DNA of 64,000 bases, taken from IMG/VR virus record IMGVR_UViG_3300028283_000002, positions 70,438-134,437 of that record. The stretch is one strand, 5' to 3'. Each line of letters opens with the position of its first letter. Position 1 is the stretch's first letter. Origin of the DNA: a virus. The position numbers and the translations under genes are program-made. Shown here in pieces: positions 37,184 to 46,874 of this stretch. The notes below the pieces were generated by a model that worked only from the letters and a program-made list of their open reading frames with translations, was not told where the DNA came from and searched no databases.

Positions 37184-39349
37184 CTAAATTTCGTTTAAAA
37201 GTGGTTTTATCTTATTTATAACATCTTCTGGTGTGATAGTTTTACTACACTCGAATTGTCTATCAGTCCCCTTATGTGCTGGACACCAATCCCAATCCCC
37301 TCTATCAAATTCGTATCTCAAATCGTTAAAACAACCGTTACAAACTTTTTCATTTATAACTCTTACACAATTTTCTTGAAATTCGCAGAATGGTTTACTA
37401 AATCCACTGATCATAACAACTTTCTTACCGACAGCCCAAGCTACCCATGCTAGACCACTACCAATAGTTACCATAAACTCAGCGTGTCTTATTTGATTTA
37501 TTCTTCTCTCAATAGATTGATCACCTGTCTCATTTATAATATTTTTTAAAACAGTTCCTTGTTTACTAATAATAACAACTTTAAGTCCTTGTTTATTAAG
37601 ATAATCTACAACAGTTTGCCACCCTTTTGGGTAATGCCAATGTTTAGCGTTGGCTGTAGAATGCTCTGCTATAACCACATATTTATCTTTATAAGGTCTT
37701 TCTTTGTTAGGAATAGCAATTTTAGGTATAATCTCTTTATATGGTAATCCAAGTATATCAGTAATAGTTTGTTGTAAAGGTACAATTCTATAATCATGTG
37801 GTTGTTGATTTCTATCTCCTCCCCAAGGTGGTGAAAACCAACCTATGTTATAAGTGGCGTATAAATTGTCTGGAGTAGTATCTGGCTTTATGAAGATAAT
37901 ATTCCCGTAAACGCTCTCAAATAAATGATTTTGATGAGTAGAGCAATACATTATACATTCATGCTTCTTTCTAAATTCTTCTACAAATGGTATCCAGGCA
38001 ATTGAGTCACCAAGAGAACTACTATGAAAAGCTATTAAAATATTTTTACCTTTTGGTTCAAAATCAAATTGTTGTGTATCGTCGCCGCTCACTTTTATTC
38101 TCCATTTTCTATAATAAGATGTATTAGGTTTTGCCCATCTATTAGAAGTCATATCTAATCCGTAAACTGATTTATCAGACCCTTCTGTCATGTCTATAAA
38201 ATCAACATGGATGTTCTTCTCTGTTAAACATTTCATTTCGAAATGTGCCCCGCTAACTCCATCTCTACCATTAAAATGAACGTTATAAGTCATTTTTGGA
38301 TCGGTATGTGGTTTGGCTATAACTTCACTATTAGAGTATGCTTCTATAACATGTTGACGCATGTCTTCACGTGTGAAATTATTTTTAACAGAAATAACAA
38401 AATTATAAAAATCATTTAGTTCTTTAACTACAACACTCCAATCATATAATTTAGTCGTTTCGTGTACAGCGTCTTTGAAGGCATCGTAATTATTAATTAC
38501 ATTCTTTATTTTACTGGTAACATCAATTGTATTCCTTATACATTTTTCTAATCCAAGTAATGGTCTCTTACCGTCGTAAGTTCCAACAACTGGTAATCCA
38601 CAAGCCATAGCCTCAACCAGTGTTAAATTAGGATGACCAGCCTCTAATTCAGACGGATGCATGAATATAGTATGATCGTTATAAATATCAACTAATTCTG
38701 CTTCACTTGGATCTTTAATAAAATTAATTTTCTTGTATTCTAAAAGATCTGGATTAGCGTTAAAAAAGTTTTTATTGTTGTCTGGACCAACTATTGTTAT
38801 CTCTAAATCTAACTCTTTTGCAGCCTCAATAGCGTAACGAAAACCTTTTCTATCAACTGATGGTTCACTAGCGTAACCATTATTAGCCACACAAAGTAAT
38901 TTATGTTTTTCGTGTTTAATACCTTTATCGTAATATATTGAAGTATCTGCACCGTGTTGTATATAAAACAATTTATCAGTTGTATCGAAATAGTCAACAA
39001 GAAAATCAGCGTAAGTTATTGAAGCTACTGACTTTTTCATAGCCAATAAGTTAGTAGAGTAAAGAGTAGATAGTTTACCGTACCTCACAACGTGATGATC
39101 GTGTAAAGAAAAGACGTAAGGAATATTTCTATCGTTCCACGCCTCAACAGCTTGATTAGCAGCGTGAAAATGTACAATATCGTATTTTAATTTACCGTGT
39201 TCGTCATACAGTTCCCAAGGAAAAACTACGTCAACTGTATGTCCAAGTTTTTCTAGTTGGAGTTTATAATTCCAAATGACTTTTTCTATTGCCCCCCAAC
39301 TCTTGGGTGGTATTTCAATGGCACCGAGATTTATTTGTGCTATTTTCAT
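37184..39349 (-). CDS. GT4 glycosyltransferase fused to a TibC/Aah-family protein O-heptosyltransferase domain
   Basis: N-terminal half: IPP..WG.IE, KG, EAG.P..L.EAMACGLPVV. C-terminal half: SSLGDSIAW.P, PLQ....ILGL, K.W..P.GW..VV.YL, GSGLAW.AWA.GK.VVMISGFS.P..EF, CNGC..WCP.HK.T.RQFEC iron finger. Confidence 0.85.
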   Translation of the reverse strand: MKIAQINLGAIEIPPKSWGAIEKVIWNYKLQLEKLGHTVDVVFPWELYDEHGKLKYDIVHFHAANQAVEAWNDRNIPYVFSLHDHHVVRYGKLSTLYSTNLLAMKKSVASITYADFLVDYFDTTDKLFYIQHGADTSIYYDKGIKHEKHKLLCVANNGYASEPSVDRKGFRYAIEAAKELDLEITIVGPDNNKNFFNANPDLLEYKKINFIKDPSEAELVDIYNDHTIFMHPSELEAGHPNLTLVEAMACGLPVVGTYDGKRPLLGLEKCIRNTIDVTSKIKNVINNYDAFKDAVHETTKLYDWSVVVKELNDFYNFVISVKNNFTREDMRQHVIEAYSNSEVIAKPHTDPKMTYNVHFNGRDGVSGAHFEMKCLTEKNIHVDFIDMTEGSDKSVYGLDMTSNRWAKPNTSYYRKWRIKVSGDDTQQFDFEPKGKNILIAFHSSSLGDSIAWIPFVEEFRKKHECIMYCSTHQNHLFESVYGNIIFIKPDTTPDNLYATYNIGWFSPPWGGDRNQQPHDYRIVPLQQTITDILGLPYKEIIPKIAIPNKERPYKDKYVVIAEHSTANAKHWHYPKGWQTVVDYLNKQGLKVVIISKQGTVLKNIINETGDQSIERRINQIRHAEFMVTIGSGLAWVAWAVGKKVVMISGFSKPFCEFQENCVRVINEKVCNGCFNDLRYEFDRGDWDWCPAHKGTDRQFECSKTITPEDVINKIKPLLNEI

Positions 39350-39540
39350 ATTGTTTCCTCCTTTTTATAATTTTCTAGTGGGCACCAATGTGGTATTACC
39401 ATATCGGCTTCCAATATTTTATTTGCGAATTCACAAGTATATTCGTAAATTGGTAAATCGTCATCTAAAGGTTTGCCTTTTATAGAATGAGGACAATAGA
39501 AACAATCTTTATCTATTAAGTAACCATCTGTTATTTTCAT
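39346..39540 (-). CDS. Small Cys-rich phage protein
   Basis: CFYCP...C...IPHWCPL. Confidence 0.6.
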   Translation of the reverse strand: MKITDGYLIDKDCFYCPHSIKGKPLDDDLPIYEYTCEFANKILEADMVIPHWCPLENYKKEETI

Positions 39541-39577
39541 TTATAACTTTTTCTTTTTTAGATGTTTTTAACATCTT

Positions 39578-42500
39578 TCACTCCACTTCGGTGTCCCTTT
39601 CTGTGAATAATCCATTTTCCACAATATCTTTATAGTTATTCATATTTACATTGAATTTTTGTACATCTAAAACAGTATTTGTTGTAGAATCTAAAAATGT
39701 CGCTGTTATATTATAATTATCTGTATTAGACATAATTACTTTTCTCAAGTAATAACTTCTTTCTTTTACGTAGTGAGTACTAGTTTCAATTTTTCCGTTA
39801 TTTTCAAATAAGAATTCTATTCTTCTATTATCTTTATTATTGGAAGAATTAAACCAAACAATAAAACTATTACCTTGATTTTTAACTGGTAATATTGCTA
39901 AATATTCAACTCCCGAAAATATATTAATATTTGAATTATTGAATAATTTTTCTTCGTTAGTTTCTTCAATTATTAGATTTTTGGAGTGCTTTGATAATTT
40001 CATATAGAAATAATTTTCCAAGAAATTATGTGAACCGTTATTTTCGCATTCTGAATTATAATCCCAAGGAGTTCTTATTACTTTATCAAATACACTAGTG
40101 TAAAATTCAGTATTCACTATGAAAAATACACTCTTATATAATTTCATATCTCCTTCGTTATAAGACATAAAATATCCTTTTTTATTCTCTTTATCCATCC
40201 TATCACATAATTTGTTAATAGTATCTATATTAGATTGATTAAGAATAAAATCGTAACTCACACTTATAACTTTATCGTAACCTGCGGATTTAGCGAATTT
40301 TATAGAATTCTCAATGTTATTAAAAACTGTTAACGATTGATTAAGATCTGAATTCTTTTGTAATCTATCAAGTCTTATTTCCACTTTACCTTGTTGTATA
40401 GTTGACCAATATAAATTATATAAAGAGTGACCAATTAAAGGATTATAAGCGTCATAAATGTAATAATCTACTTTATCTTGTAAATTTTTATTAACTGGAT
40501 AATGAGAAGCCAATATAATTTTATTACCAGTCGATTTTAAACTGTCTATGCATAATTCAGTAGTGTCCTCTTTTATCTTAGTGTCTGGATAAGTGAGTAC
40601 AAGATATATATTTCCTTTTGGTTCAGATACAGGTGATTGAGTCTCAGTAATTATTTCTTTAGATTCTATATCAATTATTTTTGGTTTGGAGTCTTTTGTT
40701 AATCTAAGTTCTTTTACGAATAAGAGTTGATCCTTTATCATATAATCAGCACTAAATCCAATAAAATTTGGATCTGTTTTATAGTAATTTACCCCAGGTG
40801 AAACCCAGTTACAATAACCACCGTTATTGAAAACTAAATTTTCAGCAGTATAAACAATATCACCTGTTTCTATATTCCTAATCAAAACATTCAATTTAAC
40901 GTCTTTGAGAGGTCCGTTATAAGGTAGATATAATCTATTCTCTTCTGGTTTAAAATCTAAATCAAAATCATCTTTAACTGGATATATCGATGTGTCTTTA
41001 TTGTCATCAATGAGTTCATTTATTTCTTTCCTAACTTTATCTGAGTCTGGAACTATATCTAACTTTAAAGTTTTTGTAAATAGAAAAGTTCCGTTATGAC
41101 TCACATCGAAAGAAAATTCTTTATATTTTTGATGTCCATATATCATTACCCAAATTGGATTATAAGGAGATAAAGAAGACTTAGCAGTATAAATATTTTT
41201 AGATTCACCAGCATTAACAACAATTGAGAAATCCGCTATATCCTGTTGGAAAAAATCACTTAAACAAAAATAAAATTTCTGGTCTTCTTTGTTATACTCA
41301 ATTATAATATCATCTGGATTTTTATCCTTTAACAACGTATCAACATTTTTTTTTAAAAAATGTTCAACATTTTCGCCCTGAATAGTTGAAACACCCTCTA
41401 TTTGAGTGGTCAATCTTGGAGCAATTGCTTTAGTTCTCCTTTTAAACATATCATTGAACATCAAATCTGAAACGTCCCATAATATAGTATCGTAAGATCT
41501 TTTTATATAATCAAAAGCAAATTTTGGAAACATAATTGACTGAATACCAATTATTTTATTTGTTATATACATCCAATCATTTATATCACCGTGTTTATCA
41601 GATACCATTTCTCCTGTTCTTAGATTTCTATTATCACCAAAAGACATGTAATATATTCCTCTTTCGTTTATATGATCACACGATTGGAACACTTTATCTA
41701 CAAATTCTTCGATTGGCACAGCCAATTTACAATCAGACTCAAATATCATAAGAAAATCTACGTCATCTGTTGCCTCTGTTAAAACAGCTTTTTTAAATGA
41801 CTGGTAATTTCCGTAATGTGGTCCCTTTAATGAGTAAGCACCAATTCTACCAACGTCATTTGGCCTGGCGCAAAATTCTCTTGGTGGAGTTTCAGTATAT
41901 CTCTGATTAATATGTTGAACGTAATCTATGCCGTAATCTTTTAATTTTTCTAATTGTTTTATAGAATCGCTTTTTCTATTATCTTCTTCCAATAAAAGAT
42001 GTACTGCTCTAATTTTATATTTTCTATCGGTCTTAATATCTCTAGGAAACAAAAAATTCTTAACTAAACCAGCGTCAATATCTTCGTTACCATTAAGATA
42101 ATGTATTGTTTCTTCTGTATCATACTTCCTATTATAAACGTCAAGTGGGAATAAGAACTGATGTATTTGATGCTCTAAAGCTTCTTTAATTACAAGTGGA
42201 TTTAATTCTTTATTCCAACGAAATCCTCTTGACGTAAAAAGAAATAAATCACAAGCGTCTAACCAATCATCAATATCATCTCTTTCACCGAGAATATTAC
42301 AATTTTTTGGTTTTATCTTCATTAAAGGTCTCCAATAATCTTGGAAGTTATCCGCCTGATTACCAATAAAATGGAATTGGATTTTTTCGTTTTTAAGTTT
42401 CCTGGCTATTTCGAAGGAGTAGGCTTGATTTTTTCTTGGTGTGAACAGACCAACGTTAACAACGTGTTTAAGTTTTGGATCTAGACCGAGTTTTTTCATT

Positions 42501-43012
42501 GCCTCAGCTTTTCTTTCGGGTGTTGGTATAGATTTTTCAACGGGATATTCTATTACTTCTGTTGGTATTCCGAATTTATTAAATTTGAAGCAGTTATATT
42601 GTGATACAAATAAAAATTTATCGGGGAACCATATTTTATCGTCAACGTTATAGTCAGATGAATGAGTTGTTTCGAAGATTTTATATTTTCTGTCCAGTTT
42701 ATAAATGTCTTTAGCTAGATTGAAATCTATATTAAATAGTTCTGGTATTTCTTCGAAATGAATGTAATCTGGTTGAACTTTTTCAATTATGTCTAACAAT
42801 TCTCTTTTATTATCGCCTAGGGTCCAGAAATGTTCTGGGGCAAGAAGTTTTTTAAGTCTATTTTTTTGAATAATAAAATCGTTTGAGTAATTATTAAATT
42901 CTACTACGTAAATATCAATATCATCTTTAACTAATTCTACTCTTTTAACAAGCACTTGAGGACCACCTCCCGTGGAAAAATGTGGGGAAATTGATAATAA
43001 TTTTTTCTTCAT
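39578..43012 (-). CDS. Multidomain glycosyltransferase (GT4 plus GT-A-like domains)
   Basis: PHFSTGG.PQ, VGLFTPRKNQ, ELNPLVIKEA; middle FESD domain; C-terminal IILASHYP..DYYIYD..NP domain. Confidence 0.8.
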   Translation of the reverse strand: MKKKLLSISPHFSTGGGPQVLVKRVELVKDDIDIYVVEFNNYSNDFIIQKNRLKKLLAPEHFWTLGDNKRELLDIIEKVQPDYIHFEEIPELFNIDFNLAKDIYKLDRKYKIFETTHSSDYNVDDKIWFPDKFLFVSQYNCFKFNKFGIPTEVIEYPVEKSIPTPERKAEAMKKLGLDPKLKHVVNVGLFTPRKNQAYSFEIARKLKNEKIQFHFIGNQADNFQDYWRPLMKIKPKNCNILGERDDIDDWLDACDLFLFTSRGFRWNKELNPLVIKEALEHQIHQFLFPLDVYNRKYDTEETIHYLNGNEDIDAGLVKNFLFPRDIKTDRKYKIRAVHLLLEEDNRKSDSIKQLEKLKDYGIDYVQHINQRYTETPPREFCARPNDVGRIGAYSLKGPHYGNYQSFKKAVLTEATDDVDFLMIFESDCKLAVPIEEFVDKVFQSCDHINERGIYYMSFGDNRNLRTGEMVSDKHGDINDWMYITNKIIGIQSIMFPKFAFDYIKRSYDTILWDVSDLMFNDMFKRRTKAIAPRLTTQIEGVSTIQGENVEHFLKKNVDTLLKDKNPDDIIIEYNKEDQKFYFCLSDFFQQDIADFSIVVNAGESKNIYTAKSSLSPYNPIWVMIYGHQKYKEFSFDVSHNGTFLFTKTLKLDIVPDSDKVRKEINELIDDNKDTSIYPVKDDFDLDFKPEENRLYLPYNGPLKDVKLNVLIRNIETGDIVYTAENLVFNNGGYCNWVSPGVNYYKTDPNFIGFSADYMIKDQLLFVKELRLTKDSKPKIIDIESKEIITETQSPVSEPKGNIYLVLTYPDTKIKEDTTELCIDSLKSTGNKIILASHYPVNKNLQDKVDYYIYDAYNPLIGHSLYNLYWSTIQQGKVEIRLDRLQKNSDLNQSLTVFNNIENSIKFAKSAGYDKVISVSYDFILNQSNIDTINKLCDRMDKENKKGYFMSYNEGDMKLYKSVFFIVNTEFYTSVFDKVIRTPWDYNSECENNGSHNFLENYFYMKLSKHSKNLIIEETNEEKLFNNSNINIFSGVEYLAILPVKNQGNSFIVWFNSSNNKDNRRIEFLFENNGKIETSTHYVKERSYYLRKVIMSNTDNYNITATFLDSTTNTVLDVQKFNVNMNNYKDIVENGLFTERDTEVE

Positions 43013-43743
43013 CTATTAATTTTTTCTTTTTTGATTAATTTAAATTTTTTACATTCGTATCTAGTGAAAAAAGACATGCTACATCCGATATGTTCGATAA
43101 CTTCTTTTCTACTATTGAATACTAATTCTTCACCATTTGGCGTTTCTATATAATATCTAGTCGCGTCTGGATTAGTTAAACCTGTGTTTTTACCTTTTCT
43201 TATTTCACTCCAATGTTTTTTAGTTTCGTCTGAATGATGTTTTCCAAACATAGGATGCTCTTCACCAACGCATTTTCCTTTTCTGCTTTCTGAAATTTTT
43301 TCTATTGTTTCTTTTGATTTATTTTTACCAGGATTTTCATCACCTAACCATTTTATTCTTAATTGTTCTTTTTGTTCTTCGGTCATTTTTTGAAGTTTCC
43401 TTTTCTCTCTTATTTTCTCTTTTGTTTCTTCTGGTAAATGTTTACCAAACATAGGGTTATTTTCACCCTTCATTGATCTGAAGGTTCTACCCCCTTCACA
43501 AATATTATATCCTATTTTCCAGTTCGTAGAATTGAGTTCTTTAATCCAGTGGATTTCTCTTTCATCCATGTGTTTTTCATCTGAACAAATTTCCAATGTT
43601 TCTTTTTTAAAGTTTTCCTTACCATATTTTTTGATGGCTAATTTTATTGACGTGCCAGATCCAAAGTACTTAGGATTATCTTTAATGTCTTGGCCAACAT
43701 ATATTTTATCGTTGATCAGATTTGTAATTTTATAAATTATCAT
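43009..43743 (-). CDS. GIY-YIG homing endonuclease with NUMOD3 repeats
   Basis: IIYKITNLIN.KIYVGQ, YFGSG, E..WI, GYNI; NPMFGKH repeats. Confidence 0.9.
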   Translation of the reverse strand: MIIYKITNLINDKIYVGQDIKDNPKYFGSGTSIKLAIKKYGKENFKKETLEICSDEKHMDEREIHWIKELNSTNWKIGYNICEGGRTFRSMKGENNPMFGKHLPEETKEKIREKRKLQKMTEEQKEQLRIKWLGDENPGKNKSKETIEKISESRKGKCVGEEHPMFGKHHSDETKKHWSEIRKGKNTGLTNPDATRYYIETPNGEELVFNSRKEVIEHIGCSMSFFTRYECKKFKLIKKEKINR

Positions 43744-43899
43744 TGTTTTTTATTGTTATATATTAAAAATTAACCGCCTGTTCTTAAATAGGGTGATATA
43801 TTTTCTATGATATATAATAATTTATATATCGTGCAATGGTGGGCAGGTTTAAATTTTCGTTGTTTAATTTTTTAATATATAGAATAAAAATCTGCCACC

Positions 43900-46221
43900 G
43901 TGAGTTTCAAAAAATTCCAAATTATTAGTCCAGATACCATAGGTAGTCCTGATCCAGGGCACATTTATCTTGGTAGAGATAATATAGGGCTTTGGGAAAA
44001 ATATCCAGACGGTGAATGGGTTTATATTGTAACTGGCGGTACAACAGGTGCTGGCACTAGTGGTACATCTGGTGAAGCAGGATCATCTGGTAAAGACGGA
44101 TCATTTATAGGATCATCTGGAATAAGTGGAAGCTCAGGCATTTCAAGTAGCTCAGGTATTAGTGGTAGTTCAGGTAAATCTGGAACAGACGGAACATCTG
44201 GCACTAGTGGATATACAGGATCATCAGGCACGACAGGCACATCAGGCAAAACTGGTACATCTGGATCAAGTGGAACTAGTGGTAAAACTGGTTCAAGTGG
44301 ATCATCTGGTAAGGATGGAAATTTTTGGGGATCTAGCGGCACATCAGCTACATCAGGTATAAACGGAGGATACGGGGGATCATCAAGAAAATGGAGATTT
44401 ACTACATCAGCAACCCCAGTAACACCTGGTTATTTTAACGCGACTGGAACAACTTTCAACTTAAATGATATAAACTGTATTAGAATAAATGGTCAAGATT
44501 TTGATAACCAGAGTGTTAATTCGTGGTTAAGTTCCTGGGTTAATGGTGTATTAAAAATAGAGGAGTGGGGTAATGCTCAAAATTTTGGAATATATTCGAT
44601 AATAAGTGGTATTACTACAAATATTTACAATATTATAGGCGATTTTTACGAAATAAGTGGAATAACAACATTTAGCGCAGATGGCACTTTAACCAATGGA
44701 ATAGATTATTTAATATCTTATGTACCTGGTTCTATGGTGTCTAGTAGTGGAAAAAATGGAACTAGTGGTTCTTCAGGTATTGGGGTGGATTATTTAGATA
44801 TAACTATTATAACGGCTTATACATATACAATATTACCAAGTGATAAATTTTTAATAGTCAATACATTTTCACTTATAGATGGTGAAATAATATTACCCCC
44901 TTGTAATGGCAGTGGGAGAGTTATAAAAATAAAAAGCGATAATCATAAACCTATAAATATAGTTCCAAATACATTTCTTTGGTATATTGTAGATACTGGT
45001 TATACTATATCTGATTATATAGATACTGAGTTTTTCGCTCCTTGGGCTGGAAATTCAATAGGAAATCCAAAATATTTATTGAGTCAGGGAGTTATAGATC
45101 TTGTAGATGTTGTATCGCAAGATCAAAGCTTGGGAAATGGTGGATTATGGAACATTTTAAATGAAGAAAATAGAAGTGTGACAATATTAACAGGTTATAC
45201 TGAACTACATGGTAACGATTTAATTCCAAGATATCTAGTGTGCTCTGGTGGAACTTATAATATATTATTACCTGAAGCTAATAGAACTGGTGTAATTTTC
45301 AATTTTAAAAACGCGAGTACAGGTGTGATCACAATTAACGCACAACCAAGTGAATATATAGATGGATTATCCACTTTAGTATTACCTTCTTATGTCTCTT
45401 TAGTTGACTCTGGTTATTACAATTGGAGCATATTCGAAGATATAGATGAAGGTGGAGCTGGATCTAGTGGAACTAGTGGACATAGTGGATCATCTGGATC
45501 TAGTGGATTTGGCAGTCCTGGTGACTCTGGTTCAAGTGGCACTAGTGGATATGGTGGAACATCTGGATCTAGTGGGTTTGGCAGTCCTGGTGACTCTGGA
45601 TCTTCAGGAACAACCGGCACTTCAGGTACGTCTGGAATATCTGGCACAAGTGGATCTTCTGGTACAACAGGTACATCAGGTAGTTCCGGGATAGGTAGTT
45701 CTGGAACAAGCGGTAGTTCAGGTTGGAGTGGTGGGAGTTCAGGTACTAGTGGTTGGAGTGGTGGGAGTTCAGGTACTAGTGGTTGGAGTGGTGGGAGTTC
45801 AGGTACTAGTGGTTGGAGTGGTGGGAGTTCAGGTACTAGTGGTTCATCAGGTTCATCAGGGACAAGTGGATCTTCAGGATCATCTGGTATATATATAATT
45901 GATATAGAAGAATTGAATTTTAATGTGGAAGTTTCAGGTGAAACAAATATTTTTTTGGACGATTATGCTTGGTACCCATATGAAGTCAGTGGATTAACGT
46001 TGAGAACACCAAATGGAACTTGTTATGTTGATATGATGATAAGTGGAACTAGTGTTTTAAGTATAAGCGGAATGACTAATATAACAGGAAGTACAAATTT
46101 AAATATTTATTATTCAACTGAAAATTACACAGTAAATATTGGAAATAAATTCTATATTAAAATTAATAATAATATTAATGCTGTATATCTAATTGGATCA
46201 ACTAAAATTAGAAGAATTTAA
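43900..46221 (+). CDS. Gly-Ser/Thr triplet-repeat (collagen-like) fibre protein
   Basis: Long (GSS/GTS)n blocks flanking I.LP...G..beta domains typical of phage fibres; late-type box upstream. Confidence 0.75.
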   Translation: MSFKKFQIISPDTIGSPDPGHIYLGRDNIGLWEKYPDGEWVYIVTGGTTGAGTSGTSGEAGSSGKDGSFIGSSGISGSSGISSSSGISGSSGKSGTDGTSGTSGYTGSSGTTGTSGKTGTSGSSGTSGKTGSSGSSGKDGNFWGSSGTSATSGINGGYGGSSRKWRFTTSATPVTPGYFNATGTTFNLNDINCIRINGQDFDNQSVNSWLSSWVNGVLKIEEWGNAQNFGIYSIISGITTNIYNIIGDFYEISGITTFSADGTLTNGIDYLISYVPGSMVSSSGKNGTSGSSGIGVDYLDITIITAYTYTILPSDKFLIVNTFSLIDGEIILPPCNGSGRVIKIKSDNHKPINIVPNTFLWYIVDTGYTISDYIDTEFFAPWAGNSIGNPKYLLSQGVIDLVDVVSQDQSLGNGGLWNILNEENRSVTILTGYTELHGNDLIPRYLVCSGGTYNILLPEANRTGVIFNFKNASTGVITINAQPSEYIDGLSTLVLPSYVSLVDSGYYNWSIFEDIDEGGAGSSGTSGHSGSSGSSGFGSPGDSGSSGTSGYGGTSGSSGFGSPGDSGSSGTTGTSGTSGISGTSGSSGTTGTSGSSGIGSSGTSGSSGWSGGSSGTSGWSGGSSGTSGWSGGSSGTSGWSGGSSGTSGSSGSSGTSGSSGSSGIYIIDIEELNFNVEVSGETNIFLDDYAWYPYEVSGLTLRTPNGTCYVDMMISGTSVLSISGMTNITGSTNLNIYYSTENYTVNIGNKFYIKINNNINAVYLIGSTKIRRI
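45721..45840 (+). repeat. Perfect 30-bp tandem repeat x4 encoding GWSGGSSGTS
   Basis: GGTTGGAGTGGTGGGAGTTCAGGTACTAGT repeated four times. Confidence 0.95.
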
Positions 46222-46874
46222 TGAAAAGAAGATTTGTTTATAAGCGTAGCAGATACATACCTTATGATAAATTAGACTACGGATATTTGTATAATTGGTA
46301 TGTTGTATCAGATGTTAGAAATATAACTAACATCGGTTGGCATGTACCGAGCTTGGCTGAATGGGAAACATTAAGATTTGCTGTAGGATCTTACCCAAGT
46401 GGTCTAGGATCAGGGTACCCCCTAATAGAAACTGGTTCAACTTATTGGCAACCACCTATCACAAACGCTACAAACTCAACTGGATTTAATGGGAGACCAA
46501 ATGGTACAAGATTAGTTAATGGATCATTTTCTGGCGGGCACACTTATGGTCACTGGTGGTCAAGTACAGATGTTTTTGGCACTAATGCATATGAAAAATA
46601 TTTATTCGATTCAAATTATCTTAATCAAACAAATCCAGATAAAAAAACAGGATCAAGCTTACGTCTCATAAAAGATGTAACATCAGTAATACCTGGTGGA
46701 TATACTGGAAACAACGGACTGCAGTACACTTCTGTTATAATAGACACCCAAGAATGGTTATCGGAAAATCTTACTGAGACTCAATATAGAAACGGTGATT
46801 CTATCCCAAATGTAACAAATAATACAGATTGGTCCCTTTTATCAACTGGTGCTATTTGTACCTATTTATTTTAA
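46221..46874 (+). CDS. Fib_succ_major (FISUMP) domain protein, circularly permuted
   Basis: YGYLYNW, GWHVPS..EW..L, N.TGF...P.G.R, WWSST, G.SLRLIKD, followed by Y.SV.I..Q.W..ENL....YRNGD.I. Confidence 0.8.
   Translation: MKRRFVYKRSRYIPYDKLDYGYLYNWYVVSDVRNITNIGWHVPSLAEWETLRFAVGSYPSGLGSGYPLIETGSTYWQPPITNATNSTGFNGRPNGTRLVNGSFSGGHTYGHWWSSTDVFGTNAYEKYLFDSNYLNQTNPDKKTGSSLRLIKDVTSVIPGGYTGNNGLQYTSVIIDTQEWLSENLTETQYRNGDSIPNVTNNTDWSLLSTGAICTYLF

Noticed and set aside
44022-45694. Pro/Asp/Leu-rich antisense and alternate-frame ORFs in the fibre gene
   Set aside because: They are shadows of the Gly-Ser-Thr codon repeats.
45721-45840. 30-bp repeat as a CRISPR array or regulatory iteron
   Set aside because: There are no spacers; it is an in-frame coding expansion within the fibre.
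46221-46874. Diversity-generating retroelement targeting the FISUMP gene
   Set aside because: No reverse transcriptase and no adenine-variant template repeat were seen in this window.
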